Shown here piece by piece: positions 48,407-60,228 of a stretch of DNA of 64,000 bases. The stretch's first letter is position 1; every line of letters starts with the position of its first letter. A program made the position numbers and the translations under genes. This DNA comes from Fistulifera solaris (Eukaryota): assembly GCA_030295235.1 (NCBI GenBank), contig AP026162.1:2294001-2358000 (forward strand). Direction: 5' to 3'. Under the pieces are notes generated by a model, which was given only the letters and a program-made list of their open reading frames with translations, had not been told where the DNA came from and searched no databases.

Positions 48407-49179
48407 TCAATCCGAAAATGGGATTCCAGCAGCGGCAAGACGTTGTTCATACGTCTTTTGTTCTTGTGGTGCACTTTCTGTAGTACCACTCTCTTCACTT
48501 GGCTCCTCTTCCAGTGCTTGCACCGCGGTCACTTCGGGAATATAATGCATCAACATATTCTCGACTCCTTGTTTGAGAGTGACGGAGGAACTCGGACAAC
48601 CGACGCAGGATCCTGCCAATTGCACCGTTACCATGCCAGTATCTTCTTCAAACGACACGTATCGAATATCTCCGCCATCTTCTTGTACCGCTGGTCGAAT
48701 ACGAGCTTCAATGAGCTCCTTGATCATCGCAACAACTTCACTATCATCCTCTAAAATGGTGGTGTCGGAGATCTCCGGCTTTTTCTAATAAGGCCGGTTT
48801 CCCCCGAATCGGCCCAGTTCATAATAACCGAAAATAATTGCGGACGTAATAGTTTCCATTTGTGTTCGGCAAATTTCGTGACGGTGACAAAATCCGCTCC
48901 CAGATACACGGCTTTGACGCCTTCGACGTCCAACAACTGCTTCGCCAAGGGGCTCCGCAATATATCATCCTTCGGATCCGATTTCGTCACAAAGTAGCCA
49001 TTGCTGTCATCTCCTTGTATAATGGCTAAACCGTTGGGAACAAATTTGAGAGACTCTGGATTGGGAGTATCGGCGGTTTGAATGAAGAGAGAGCGAAGCT
49101 GATTCAAGGAAGGAAGCATTGATTTTGAATTCCGCCCGAGGAGTCCTTGGGCCATGAACTTTGAAGCCGTAGATATCAT
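48407..49179 (-). CDS. NFU1: Mitochondrial NFU1 Fe-S cluster carrier; apparent indels at 48780-48805
   Basis: [78 protein letters not shown]. Confidence 0.92.
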
Positions 49180-49472
49180 GTTACTAAAATTGGTAAAAGA
49201 TCAACGAAAGTGAAACCAAATTATGTGCAGCGTCAATCGTGTGCTCTGCCCCTTTTTTGCTTTTTTGCAATGGCAACGAAAAGAGCGAGAACGAAAATCG
49301 CGGCGGAGCGATGATTATTATTTTGACCGGATTGCCTCTCGCGTGTGTCATTCATCCGCAAGTATGTCGTATAGGTTTCGAAATCTTTTAAGAATGATCT
49401 ACTATAAGTTGGGAAGCATGTCGCACGCAGTCGCACACCATGTCGAGGGCCAAAAATGCATAAAGTTTTTTA

Positions 49473-49830
49473 TAGTGTTCGGTCTCATGCTTTCAACCAG
49501 GTCCGAGATGAGAGTCGAGAATTGCACTTTCCAACTCATGAGACTCTCGAGAATCTCGAGAATTGGAGATTTTTGTCGGAAACGATTTACTATAGGATAT
49601 TAAGTACTAAGTTTCAGTCACGGTTAGTTGTGGAACACGAGACTGACTCCTTCTAAGGAAATACACGTGAGAAATGGTCGATCGACGGCCAGAATCCTTG
49701 TATCTTATACGGGTGACGGCCAGACACTCTCATCTCATGAATTTTTTCGAAAATCATGAGAATTGAGAGTGAAAATTCAAAATTCGATTCTCGAGACTCT
49801 CGAGAACTGCCCTCTCGAGACCGACCACTA
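49473..49830. mobile_element. Non-autonomous hAT-type DNA transposon (MITE-like), 358 bp
   Basis: Left TIR TAGTGTTCGGTCTC (49473-49486) matches the reverse complement of the right end (49817-49830), TAGTGGTCGGTCTC, at 13/14. Perfect 8-bp TSD GTTTTTTA at 49465-49472 and 49831-49838. Five subterminal TCTCGAGA motifs. Confidence 0.85.
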
Positions 49831-50145
49831 GTTTTTTAGTTGAATTGTCAAATCCAAGTCTGATAGAAATAGTAGTCATTGTACTTTGTAGCTCACATAA
49901 AACATAAACAATAAATACTTATGAAGTCACTCTACAGCAAGGATTAAAAGTGACCTGTGACTGACCCAAGATGTGCACCTCTTTCAGCTCCCTCTTCGCG
50001 CTTGAAAGCGGAGCAAGACAACATGTCTTGCAACAATAATCTCTCCGCTGCTGCAATCTTTGCGGACGAAAAGCATCTAAATATCATCCCATTGACGTGC
50101 ATTTCAGTGAAGAAGCGGCTCTACATGCTGGAAAGTTAGAAAACC

Positions 50146-51309
50146 ATGCCGCCTTCTATCGACCATCATCCTTCTTCCTTCTTTGCAATTCCCGAATCAT
50201 CGACGGACGGGTCTTCCGCGTATTCTCGCGAAACGAAAAGCATTCCTCGTCATAGCTTCCTCAAAATGGCAAAACAGCGACGCTTCGCGACAATGTTGGA
50301 AATATTCGAACGATCGGAAGAGTACGACTTGGATGCTTGGTTATTTCCGAGCGCCGCAACCACTTCTTCCGCTGGATCATTGTCTCCCGTTTCCGGTATC
50401 TCTTCACCGCTCGCACTCTTGCCAAAATCTCCGAATTATTCGAGAAGTACATTTCGAACTCATCGAAAACGATCGCCGCAACAAGACGATGACTACAAGC
50501 TTGATTTATTTCGCGGCGAAACACCACTCCACATCTTGTTGCGGTACAATCCACCGGAAGAACTCGTGCACCGTGTCATTGAGTATTTGTCGCAATCCGA
50601 ACAATCCTGTGGAGTTCCGGAAGATTCCATCGATATGCTGGGTCGGACGCCCCTCCATGTCGCGTGTGCGAACGGTGCGGCCGTCGCCGTGGTCGAACGG
50701 TTGCTGAATGGAGAATCGTCCGTCATGCCGGCCTTTGCCAAAGATGCGACCGGACGGCACGCTTTGCACGGGGCGTGCGCGAATCCGCAGGGATCGTGGC
50801 GGCGTCAAGTCCGTCGGACGAATCATCATCCCTTCGTAGAAAGCATGGCCCTGGTCGATAACATGGTGAATGTCGTCAAAGCACTGCTGAAAGCCTATCC
50901 CGAGTCGGTATTTATTGCGGATCACGAGGGGAATCGACCCAAGGATCTCGCACGGATGCAAAACGCGGATGAACGGATTTTGTTACTGCTGTCGCGCGAA
51001 GAACATTGCTGTGAATTGGACAATCAATATCAAAAAAATTTCTCGAGCGTCGCCGATACAACAGTGGCCGAAACCCGTACCATTACCCTTCCCCGATCGC
51101 GAGACGATGTCTCCTCCATTGGTTCTGCGGGCTTGTCGTGTTATGAGGAAAAACCTGCACAAGGAGTCTGGACGAAAGAATTACTGAAATTGTCCCCCTT
51201 TCACGCCATGACCAGTAGTGATGAAGTGATTCGTTTTGTTGAAAGAAACTTGTGCCGGCCTCCGATAGAGAATCGCGAAGAATTTGGGGTGCTCGACAAC
51301 AACGAGTGA
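50146..51309 (+). CDS. Ankyrin-repeat protein
   Basis: GETPLHILL, GRTPLHVAC, GRHALHGAC, GNRPKDLA. Confidence 0.85.
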   Translation: MPPSIDHHPSSFFAIPESSTDGSSAYSRETKSIPRHSFLKMAKQRRFATMLEIFERSEEYDLDAWLFPSAATTSSAGSLSPVSGISSPLALLPKSPNYSRSTFRTHRKRSPQQDDDYKLDLFRGETPLHILLRYNPPEELVHRVIEYLSQSEQSCGVPEDSIDMLGRTPLHVACANGAAVAVVERLLNGESSVMPAFAKDATGRHALHGACANPQGSWRRQVRRTNHHPFVESMALVDNMVNVVKALLKAYPESVFIADHEGNRPKDLARMQNADERILLLLSREEHCCELDNQYQKNFSSVADTTVAETRTITLPRSRDDVSSIGSAGLSCYEEKPAQGVWTKELLKLSPFHAMTSSDEVIRFVERNLCRPPIENREEFGVLDNNE

Positions 51310-51871
51310 GATCATCGGAACGAAGTAGGTATTCGGCAGCCATCCTCATTACATAGATATTAAACTAGAGCATTTTTCGCATCCTTTAAAATGCCAGCTT
51401 CCGATCTTGCCTGCTACAAAGAAATGAGCATTTGAGGGATCTATGATTTAGAAATGATTGCATCAGTGGATTGTCATCGCGTGGAACTCTAGGTTTTAAA
51501 AGTCTAAAGGTTCATTTGTTTTCATTTCCAGACTTGGCCATCCGCGATTGAATAACAATCGGGACTGCAATGTTTTCGCGGTTCTTTTAGCCGTTAAATC
51601 ATCCGGTTGCCGACCGTTACAGAAAGGGTTCGAATGGCGCATTGCACGCAGCGCAATCCCACAACACGCCGGCCGCTCATTGGCACGATTCCGAGCGATC
51701 GGCCCGTTGTACTTTCCTAGCGACAGTCAATGTTCTTCTTTTTCTTTGTGACAAACACAAAATCTCCCCCCTTTTCGCGGCACCTTTGACATTCCCAAAA
51801 TTCTCTCATTAATAGCACGATTGCCACAAAAACGAACGATTGACTTGTGAGATAAGATACTTTATAAAAAG

Positions 51872-53341
51872 ATGCACTGCCCCAACTTATCATCGTCATC
51901 GACTTTCGTTGACACACGAGACGAAAGCAAACAAGAATCATCGTCTATAAAAATGCGCTCGCAAGAATGGTGGAAACGACAGTTGGTACAACGATCGACG
52001 GCCCCATTGAAAGAACATATGGAGCGAATGCGGGCCGAATCACCCTTCCTGAGGGAACATCCGCCACGTTTGTTAGCCAAATTTGATCGATCCGAAATTG
52101 TCACGGGTCGCGTTTTGGGAAAAGGCGGATTTTCGGTCGTCTACGAAGTGTTGGGGTTCGATTTGGATTCGTTCATTGCTCGATCTCTTACTCCGGAAGA
52201 ACGCAAACTGCGAGAAGTTTACGCGAGAAATGTATTAGATCCCAAGACGAAACGGAGTCGGTATGTGATCAAATATTTGAGACCCGAAACAGTTCGCCAC
52301 GCCTTCCGTGAAGCGGCGAATGATCTCGTTCTAGAAGGCGAGTTTTTGTCAAGATTGCAACATGAAAACATTATTACACTGCATGGTCTCCCCATCAATG
52401 GAGTGGATGCCTGGCAAGATGGATTGCATGATGGTTACTTTTTGATTTTGGATCGACTGACGGAAACGTTAGATCACTGTTTACACAACAAGATTTCCAA
52501 AGCGCCTACCGCTAGGAAGAAAATGGAGTATGCGCTCGACCTTGCTTCAGCTATCGATTATTTGCACAGCAATGGAATTGTTTTTCGCGATTTGAAACCA
52601 AGTAATCTTGGATTTAGTTCGACTGGTCGGATTCAGTTGTACGATTTTGGTTTGGCCCGTGAGCTTCCGGGCGATGGAGACGATGTCTACGAAATGTCGG
52701 GTGTCGGCACGAGACGATACATGGCGCCCGAAGTTATTCGTGAGCGGCGCTACAATGCCAAAGTGGATGTGTATAGTTGGTCCATGGTGGTGTGGCAACT
52801 CTTTACGCATTGCAAACCCTATTCCTTGTATTCACCGGTAGACCACGCCCGTCACGTTTGCATCGGAGGTGAGCGACCCCCCTTGGGGAAGGGACTCGAT
52901 ATTCACGGTGACTTGAAGGCTTCGCTTGGTCTTTCACCTTTCCTTAAGGACCTTTTAGCGGATTGTTGGGTCGAATCGATACGTGAGCGATGTTCCATGT
53001 CAGATGTACGACGTCGTATGCAATGTGAGCTGGCAAGAATGAACGGTTCTTTCTTTTACACAGAAGCTACACCGGAAGGTATTGAAGTGACAATCTCTTT
53101 CGACCTTGCGTCGAGTCGACATTCCGATCGGGAAGAAGACAACAATACTGTTTCTCTTACAGCTGGTGAAAGTTTTGACGAAACACAAAGCTCCTTGTCT
53201 CTGGGACATCTGGTGGTGAAAGAAAGCGTTTCGGATACTGGTGGCTGCTATCCTGTGCTCAAGAGCGTGCTCTCTGGCAGCACATGCTCCATGAGCAGCC
53301 TGAGTTTGGCAGATAGTATGCTTGCAACCCACATCCTATAG
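51872..53341 (+). CDS. TKL-like protein kinase (diatom-expanded family)
   Basis: LGKGGFSVVY, YVIK, FRDLKPSN, DFGLAR, GTRRYMAPE, DVYSW. Confidence 0.9.
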   Translation: MHCPNLSSSSTFVDTRDESKQESSSIKMRSQEWWKRQLVQRSTAPLKEHMERMRAESPFLREHPPRLLAKFDRSEIVTGRVLGKGGFSVVYEVLGFDLDSFIARSLTPEERKLREVYARNVLDPKTKRSRYVIKYLRPETVRHAFREAANDLVLEGEFLSRLQHENIITLHGLPINGVDAWQDGLHDGYFLILDRLTETLDHCLHNKISKAPTARKKMEYALDLASAIDYLHSNGIVFRDLKPSNLGFSSTGRIQLYDFGLARELPGDGDDVYEMSGVGTRRYMAPEVIRERRYNAKVDVYSWSMVVWQLFTHCKPYSLYSPVDHARHVCIGGERPPLGKGLDIHGDLKASLGLSPFLKDLLADCWVESIRERCSMSDVRRRMQCELARMNGSFFYTEATPEGIEVTISFDLASSRHSDREEDNNTVSLTAGESFDETQSSLSLGHLVVKESVSDTGGCYPVLKSVLSGSTCSMSSLSLADSMLATHIL

Positions 53342-53505
53342 TTCAGCATTTCATAATCTAAGAATGTTTTAATTGATAACTCACTATACTTTGCCCTAAT
53401 TGGAGTAAAGAGTTAATTTCTATTGGTTTACCCGGAGTATTATCTACGGTCTGTAGAGGAAAGCGATCTACGGTGTGTCGAGAAGGCCGGTAGAGTGGTC
53501 CTTCA

Positions 53506-55485
53506 TCATTCGCTGGGTGCATCCGGCTGATTGCGAGGATGCGAATCCGTAAACCAAGGATGTTGCTGGCACAACGCATCGATTTGAACCAATGTTGGGC
53601 ATATTTTATCCACATCGACATTGAAGCGTCTTGCGTTGTACATTTGCGGAACCATGACCACATCCACAATGGATGGAGAGAACGTACCGAGACAGTACGG
53701 ACCCTGGCGCTGGCGTTTTGTCACCAAGGCCTCCAACGCAGCTAGTCCTTTCTCATTTACGGCTCGGCCGAGTTCCTCGGAGGTAATCGTTCCGCTCGAC
53801 TGTTTCTCCAGCTCTCTTGTGTAGGGAACATTCTGCATCGGATGAGTCCCAGAATTGATAATTTGCACCATTTCCAATGCGGCATATCGATCATGGCCAT
53901 CTTTGGGCGTCAAACAACGCTTGTGCGGGAATTCGTTTTCGAGAAAATCGATGATTGCTAGACTCTGACTCAAATGAAGTGTTTTACCAGTTTGCGTATC
54001 CGTGAATTCGAGCAGCGGAATCTGCCCCATCGGACTTTTTGCAACAAATTCCGGTTTGGTTTGCTCCGCTTCCAACAAGTTGACGGGGATCGTGACGTAA
54101 GAAATACCTTTTGCCGCCAGCGCAATGCGCACTCGCCAGGTCGAAGAGGATCGCCAGTAGCCGTAGAGCTTAAATTCAATGTATCGCTCGTTGGGAGTGA
54201 CGCAGGAAGCTGGCAACTGGGTGTTGGCCGGCAATACTTTTCCACTGCAATCGCCAAATCCAACTCTACCACCATTGGGAATCTGACAATAACCACGCAT
54301 CACTACAGTGTCACCATCCTTGAGAAACTTTCGAACTTCGTCCCCTACCTTGACTTCCTTGCTACCCTTCCACGACAATTCGAGCATGCTTCCGTAGGAG
54401 TCCGGCGTCTGTCCCGATATCGTGCCACTGCCCAATAAATCTCCGGCTCGCATGATGCACCCCGATACCGCATGATGGACCAACTGTTGTGTCGGATTCC
54501 AGTACATGTTCTTGAAATTCGACGTGGAAATGGTGTGCGGTTGGGTCTGAACTTCACTTTGAATGGCCACCGTCAAACGAATATCGTACGACGAATACGT
54601 GGGATCTTGCAAATACTCCAAAGGGACCGGATCATCCTGTGTTCCGGCCGATGTCGGAGCCGTAAAGGGTTCTAAAGCGGCGGTCATGACAATCCAGGGA
54701 CTGATCGTTGTGGCAAAGTTCTTGGCGGTAAAGGGTCCTAACGGTACGTACTCCCACTTTTGCAAGTCGCGCGCCGACCAATCATTCATGAGCACAAATC
54801 CAAAAACGCGTTCCTTGGCTTGCTCCATGGTAAGCGGTCCATTGGTATTGGGATAACCTCCCACGACGGCCGCCACTTCCAATTCAAAATCCAGTAATCG
54901 ACAAGGCCCGTACACACTGCCTTGTTTCGGATCCTCCGCGTCTTTCTGCAGCTGCCCACAGGGTCGAACGACATTGTGGCCACTCACAAAGACAGTACTG
55001 GAACGTCCATGATACCCGACGGGAAGATGCAACCAGTTGGGTTGCAGGGCATTGTCGTTTCCGCGAAACATGATACCCACGTTGGTGGCATGCTCGCGAC
55101 TCGAATAAAAGTCGGTGTAATCTCCGATACTCACCGGCAAATGACATTGGACCGTTGAAACATCATGAAAGGCTGCTGCACACAGTGGTGGTGAAAGTTG
55201 TTCTTGTAACAAGAGTTCGTGCAGTCTCTGTCGAAACGCCAACCAGACCGAACGAGGATGTTCGATGAAACTGTTCAAGGTGGATTGATGGAAGACATTG
55301 CAGGAAAGACCTGGAACTGTTTCGAATAGACCCGCTTCTTCGAGCACCGACAAATCGATTACAGTATTTCCCAAAATAGTAGCACATCGCGGAGTCGCGT
55401 CCGGAAAAGAAACGACCCCGAGCGGCAAATTCGACAACGAAAAGTCCGAGTCGTCCGGAATGATGATGCCGCAACAAGTCGTCAT
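53506..55485 (-). CDS. FAH: Fumarylacetoacetase fused to maleylacetoacetate isomerase (GST zeta)
   Basis: FAH: SDFSLSNLPLG, IGDYTDFYSSREHATNVG, LDFELE, MNDWSARDLQKWEYVPLGPF, GDLLGSGTISG. GSTZ: LYGYWRSSSTWRVRIAL, LSQSLAII, INSGTHPMQN, VPQMYNARRF, HPRNQPDAP. Single uninterrupted ORF. Confidence 0.95.
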   Translation of the reverse strand: MTTCCGIIIPDDSDFSLSNLPLGVVSFPDATPRCATILGNTVIDLSVLEEAGLFETVPGLSCNVFHQSTLNSFIEHPRSVWLAFRQRLHELLLQEQLSPPLCAAAFHDVSTVQCHLPVSIGDYTDFYSSREHATNVGIMFRGNDNALQPNWLHLPVGYHGRSSTVFVSGHNVVRPCGQLQKDAEDPKQGSVYGPCRLLDFELEVAAVVGGYPNTNGPLTMEQAKERVFGFVLMNDWSARDLQKWEYVPLGPFTAKNFATTISPWIVMTAALEPFTAPTSAGTQDDPVPLEYLQDPTYSSYDIRLTVAIQSEVQTQPHTISTSNFKNMYWNPTQQLVHHAVSGCIMRAGDLLGSGTISGQTPDSYGSMLELSWKGSKEVKVGDEVRKFLKDGDTVVMRGYCQIPNGGRVGFGDCSGKVLPANTQLPASCVTPNERYIEFKLYGYWRSSSTWRVRIALAAKGISYVTIPVNLLEAEQTKPEFVAKSPMGQIPLLEFTDTQTGKTLHLSQSLAIIDFLENEFPHKRCLTPKDGHDRYAALEMVQIINSGTHPMQNVPYTRELEKQSSGTITSEELGRAVNEKGLAALEALVTKRQRQGPYCLGTFSPSIVDVVMVPQMYNARRFNVDVDKICPTLVQIDALCQQHPWFTDSHPRNQPDAPSE

Positions 55486-55946
55486 GGTAAGCTTTTCGTT
55501 CCCTGTGATGCCTTTGTGCTTGAAGGATAGTCAAGTAGCTATAATAGCCTTTACAATTGAGAACAACAATGTCAAAAGATGTCGCGCTCTGTCGTGATGT
55601 TTTCTTTTTCCGAACGAACTCTCTCTTTTTTCTCATTGTCAGTCTGTCCACCCTTCCACCCTTGTCGTCAATATAATCAATAATTCTTTCTTCCCGGTAT
55701 TGTCACTTAGCAACGACGACAGATCGTACTATCTATCTAAATGGTAACGTTAAAATTACAACGGTACATAAAAACAGGTTAAATAGAGTTCTGGAGTACC
55801 GTATTCTGGCACCAGCTTACTTCCTATCGTAGCAGAGACACGCCTGCCTGCCTTTCGCTTCCATTCAAACCAAACACAGCATTGCATTGCATCGAAAACC
55901 AACACTTGTTAGTATAATACGATTTGTTGCAAGAAACGAAAGAACC

Positions 55947-58064
55947 ATGGAAGGAGAAGAAGAAGGAATCGAGTCCGTTCTGGCAACTCTGCAGCCACTG
56001 CGTGACTTGGCGAAGAATTGGGATATCGATATCGCTACATGGTGAGATGATGATGATTCTAAGCAGGCAAACAAACGACGATGTGATCCTTTCGTTTCGA
56101 AACTTTTGCTGTTATTGTCACAAATACTCGACTCACATAGTTCTCTTGTTTTCTTTCGATTTCGTTCTAGTCTGGAAGAATATTTGCACGATTTGGTAGG
56201 GCATATACCCGGAGCGGAAGATCAGTTGACATTGGACGGACCTTCCTTGAACTTTGCCCAAGCGGCGCTCGTCTTACAAAATTCCTCCAATATTTACAGT
56301 CGCAAAGTCGAATACTTGTACGCACTCGTCTACAAATCGTTGGAAGAAAACTTTCAGGTACAAAACGGCAAAGTTGTCCGACAGAAACACGCCGATCCGG
56401 ACATTGATGACTTTTTAGCCTTTGATCCCTATCAAGAGTTCTTGTTGCTGGACGATGTCTTGCCGACCGATGATTCACCGGACAATCGGAAAATTGATCT
56501 CGTGGAAACGTCGGAGGGATCCACACCGGGACGCTCCATGACTCGTCTGTCGTTGACGGAAAACAAAAGTGTGACGGCCATCAATGATGTCGCGTACAAG
56601 ACGTTGTTGGATCCCCACGGTAGTACGTTACGTCTGTTGAAAGCACCCGTGGCCGAAGATGGATGGTTGCGATTGCCGGGAACCAATTCGGGCAAACGGC
56701 AGTCATTGTCGGCTCCCTTATCTCCTCTTCCGCAAACGATTCAAGAACACAGCGGAGAAGAAAGTATGGAAATGCAAAGTGGTTTCGGGGCATTGGATGA
56801 TAGAAACGATAATGATGACGATGATGACCCTGGCTTCTTCATGAATGTTGATGATGATGAGGAGGAGTTACTTGTTGCTACGCAGCCAATGACTGTTGAC
56901 AAGCCGGCCAGACACGTGACGTTCGCGGAATCTGTACCAACACCCAAACGAGATCCTTGGGCTCTCCTCGATCCGCATTCGGTCGATTCAGCCACGAAAT
57001 CAAAGCCGTTGAAAGTAGGCAAATCCATCCGGTTGCCAGAAGGAATCACGGAACCACCATCCGCATGTGTGACGGGAGCCCGAACTCGACGTATCATTCG
57101 TCCCAACAATCCTACACCGCAGCCTGACACGGCAACAGGAAAGCGACGGTTCGATGCCACCGAATCTTTTAACAGCCAATGCGCATTTGGAAAACGCTCT
57201 GTAAACGACAATGACAACGAGACCCTGTCTTTCTTGCCGCTTCAAGGCTTAGCGTTTGGCGATGAGTTCACGTATGTTTACCAAGCGACGATGAAACGAC
57301 TGGCTGCTCAGCGAAGAGAGCTTCGTCAACAAGCACAGTCCAAAGCAGCTCAATCCAACTTCAACGAAGAGGACGAGGACGATCAGTATGGTGATGGGTT
57401 TGTCTTTGGTGGTGACGATGATGATAATGATTATGGTGACGCCACGGATTACCCTCAGGAAGGGAATACAGGAATGGTGTCCTTGGATGAAATGTACAAT
57501 CGAGACAACGGTAAGTTTATGCAACTGCAAATGTCGCGCAACTACCAATTTGATTGAATACTAACTATTCTCGTCCCACCAGATGACGCACCTTCCGGAG
57601 CTACTTTTGAAGAATTATGCCGGGCGCATCTACAAGCTTTTGCCCGAGAAGCAGAGAAGTACGCGTCTGAAACAAAATTGACGCAAAGGGTAGATCAGTG
57701 GCAACAAAGACTGCAGCCATTGTTGCAGGAAGAGGAAGAACGTCCTGTCTTTGATATTCATGAATATGGGCATCAGGTAATCGAATCAATGGAGAATGAG
57801 ATCACGAAGACCCATGTTGATACGAACGAGAAGCCAAGCCTGATTGTCGACTTCAGCCGAGTAACTCGTCACAAACCGAATTTTGAAGTATGTCGTTTGT
57901 TCTTGGCGAGTTTAAGTTTGACGAACAGCGGCAACGTACGTTTTGTCGAGACATCGGCCGACGGTAACTCTCTAAGCATGGAGCTCCTAAACCGCGAAGT
58001 TGAATTGCCCACAGAAAACTACCTGGCCCCTAGTGTTCGAGAGACGAGTAGCATGGTGATGTGA
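55947..58064 (+). CDS. NCAPH2: Condensin II kleisin subunit H2; introns 56042-56170 and 57511-57582
   Basis: LQPLRDLAKNWDIDIATC|LEEYL, NFAQAALVLQNSSNIYSRKVEYLY, DPWALLDPH, RPVFDIHEYG, EVCRLFLASL.L.NSGNV. Confidence 0.92.
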
Positions 58065-58159
58065 AACGATACATTGACCTGAAGTTTACAAAAACAAACA
58101 ACATTTTAAGCATTAGATTGCATCGTGTTATTAATAAACAACTCTTCTTAGTTCGTCGA

Positions 58160-59100
58160 TCAGTCACGGATGAATGCATTCTTGTATGCATTCGTAATCG
58201 ACTCAATAGATAATAAAATGATCATGGCATGGGGCGCGCAGCGCCATAGTAGGCACTGAACGAGCTGAAAAATCCCATGGGTCCTTCTTTCTTGAAAATC
58301 TGGACGGAACAATCGATAACACCCTTGTATGGCATAACACCGGTCATTGGATCTGGCTTTTGAGCCATTAAGCGCGATTTGATCAAATCAAATGGAAGAC
58401 TGAACAAAGCCGCAGTGAAACCCGCAATCGCTGATGCACCGAGTTGGGTCGGCACACTGGGTCCTTTCGTCATGGGATCATGGAGCAAGGCTGCCACCAT
58501 CTCCTTGGCTTGGTCGTAGCACGCCATCATGCCGACGTTCATGGACATTCCGCGCAACACATTCGGTGCCAATCCCTTGTACAAAGCCGCGACACCTTCC
58601 TCCTTGGCCGTACGGAACAACGCATCAAAGACGTTCTTGTAGTTTCTACGGTCTTTTGGCTCGGCCATGCCGTCCGATTGCAGTCGCACCAGAGCGATAT
58701 CGAAGGGCGTACCGATACATACCGCAATGGATCCACTCGCCATGCCCGAAAGAGTTTTTTGCAAAAAATTGATGGGCTGGCCGTGGTTCCACTCGACGAG
58801 TTTGTCCGAGAAGGAACGATGCAATCCGATACGGGCGGTTCCGTACACGAGCTGACGACCAATGGCGGCATCGACACCCTTATATATCGACATGAACCCG
58901 TCGTTCTGGATGAGATTACCGAGCACTGTCGTGAAACCAGGAACGGGCTTGCCTGGATTCAATTGACCGTACAATTGCATGCGCACTTTCGCTAAATCCA
59001 TCGGATGAATCACGACCGAGGCGCACGTGGCCGCGGCGCCTCCGCATACAAATGGCTGGAGTGTCTTTGCGACGGAACCAGATTTGGGAGAAGTAGCCAT
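58160..59100 (-). CDS. Mitochondrial 2-oxoglutarate/malate (dicarboxylate) carrier; apparent frameshift at 58244-58245
   Basis: Three PxDxxKxR-type repeats (HPMDLAKVRMQ, TPFDIALVRLQ, LPFDLIKSRL), RQLVYGTARIG and RRNYKNVFDAL. One added G gives YYGRCAPHAMIILL...IRD*. Confidence 0.9.
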
Positions 59101-59691
59101 GATGAAAGAAGATTCGTTCATGGTGGTTTTGTTTTCTTTCTCTCTTGTGACCAAGAAAATTTTCTTGTTCCGATGAACAAGTTCCTGCAAGGATCGGGGC
59201 GTTTTTCCTCCACCCAGCGATGTGACGGACAGATCGTATTCGTAGAAAAGCTACGTGGTCATTGGTCACGGTATCCACGCAAAGCGAAGGCCAGGACGAA
59301 GAACGGACAGGCGGATAAGGTGACGTACGTCTTTCTTGTTTCGACACAATCCACGACTAGCTTGACCTCTTGATTGGCTCCGCGATAACTGGTGCGACTT
59401 GATCGCTTTCAACAACCTTTTCGTCGGAACGAATTTTGCGAGCCGCATGTCATTGTCTTCGTGCGAAATGCATTGAACTCTGTGTGAAACTTGTCTCTCC
59501 TGCAACAAGTACAAAACATTCAGTATTTATTTACTGATTACGCCTAGAAGGTAAGCGTTGTTGCGTTTCGATGAAATGAACATACGAGCGAGCGTTGAAG
59601 GAGGAAGAATTGAGGAAGAATTCTCATCACATTGCTACTCTTTTCGTCGATCAACTTTTTCTTGTCAAGTATCACCATAAATTTCGAAACG

Positions 59692-60084
59692 ATGAGCGCA
59701 AACGAGGAAGTCGATCATTCTACTACAGTGGATATGGAGTTTCTGGACGATGGGGTCGTGACGAATGGAGACCAGAACGAAGACTTGGCAGGCGATCCCG
59801 CCGCCGACGTTCCTTCGTTCACTGCCGAAGAATCGAAGGAGCTACAGAAACATCTGAACGATCAGTTGGAAGCCTGCATGAGCAACTACCGCAGCAAAGT
59901 CAAACAGTTTTTCAAAGAGTTTGTCGTGTTTCATGAAGTAGCGACCCAGGTTGTCGAACAGTGGAAGGCTCCCTACGAAAATCAGCTGGCGGAACAGACT
60001 CGATTGGACGCTGTCGGACGCGATGTTGAGCAAACGATGAAAAATATTCCCTGGATGAATCCGAATCAGGATATGAAGTGGTGA
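59692..60084 (+). CDS. Small hypothetical helical protein
   Basis: 130-aa frame from ATG 59692 with an acidic N-terminus and an amphipathic helix. Confidence 0.55.
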   Translation: MSANEEVDHSTTVDMEFLDDGVVTNGDQNEDLAGDPAADVPSFTAEESKELQKHLNDQLEACMSNYRSKVKQFFKEFVVFHEVATQVVEQWKAPYENQLAEQTRLDAVGRDVEQTMKNIPWMNPNQDMKW

Positions 60085-60228
60085 GCCTCGAAAATCGACG
60101 ATCTGTTGCAATACAAAGTCCAAGTTTTGTTGTTGATTTATTCAGCTGTAACAAACAGTGTGTCGAAGTATAGCAGTCGCATGTAGTAGCATTTCGTCTG
60201 GGTCGCATTCCTGTAGCTAGCTTTCGCT

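Noticed and set aside
10506..49179. Two NFU genes as a local duplication or Fe-S gene cluster
   Set aside because: They have different architectures (plastid vs mitochondrial NFU1 type), are about 37 kb apart, and no other ISC/SUF genes are present.
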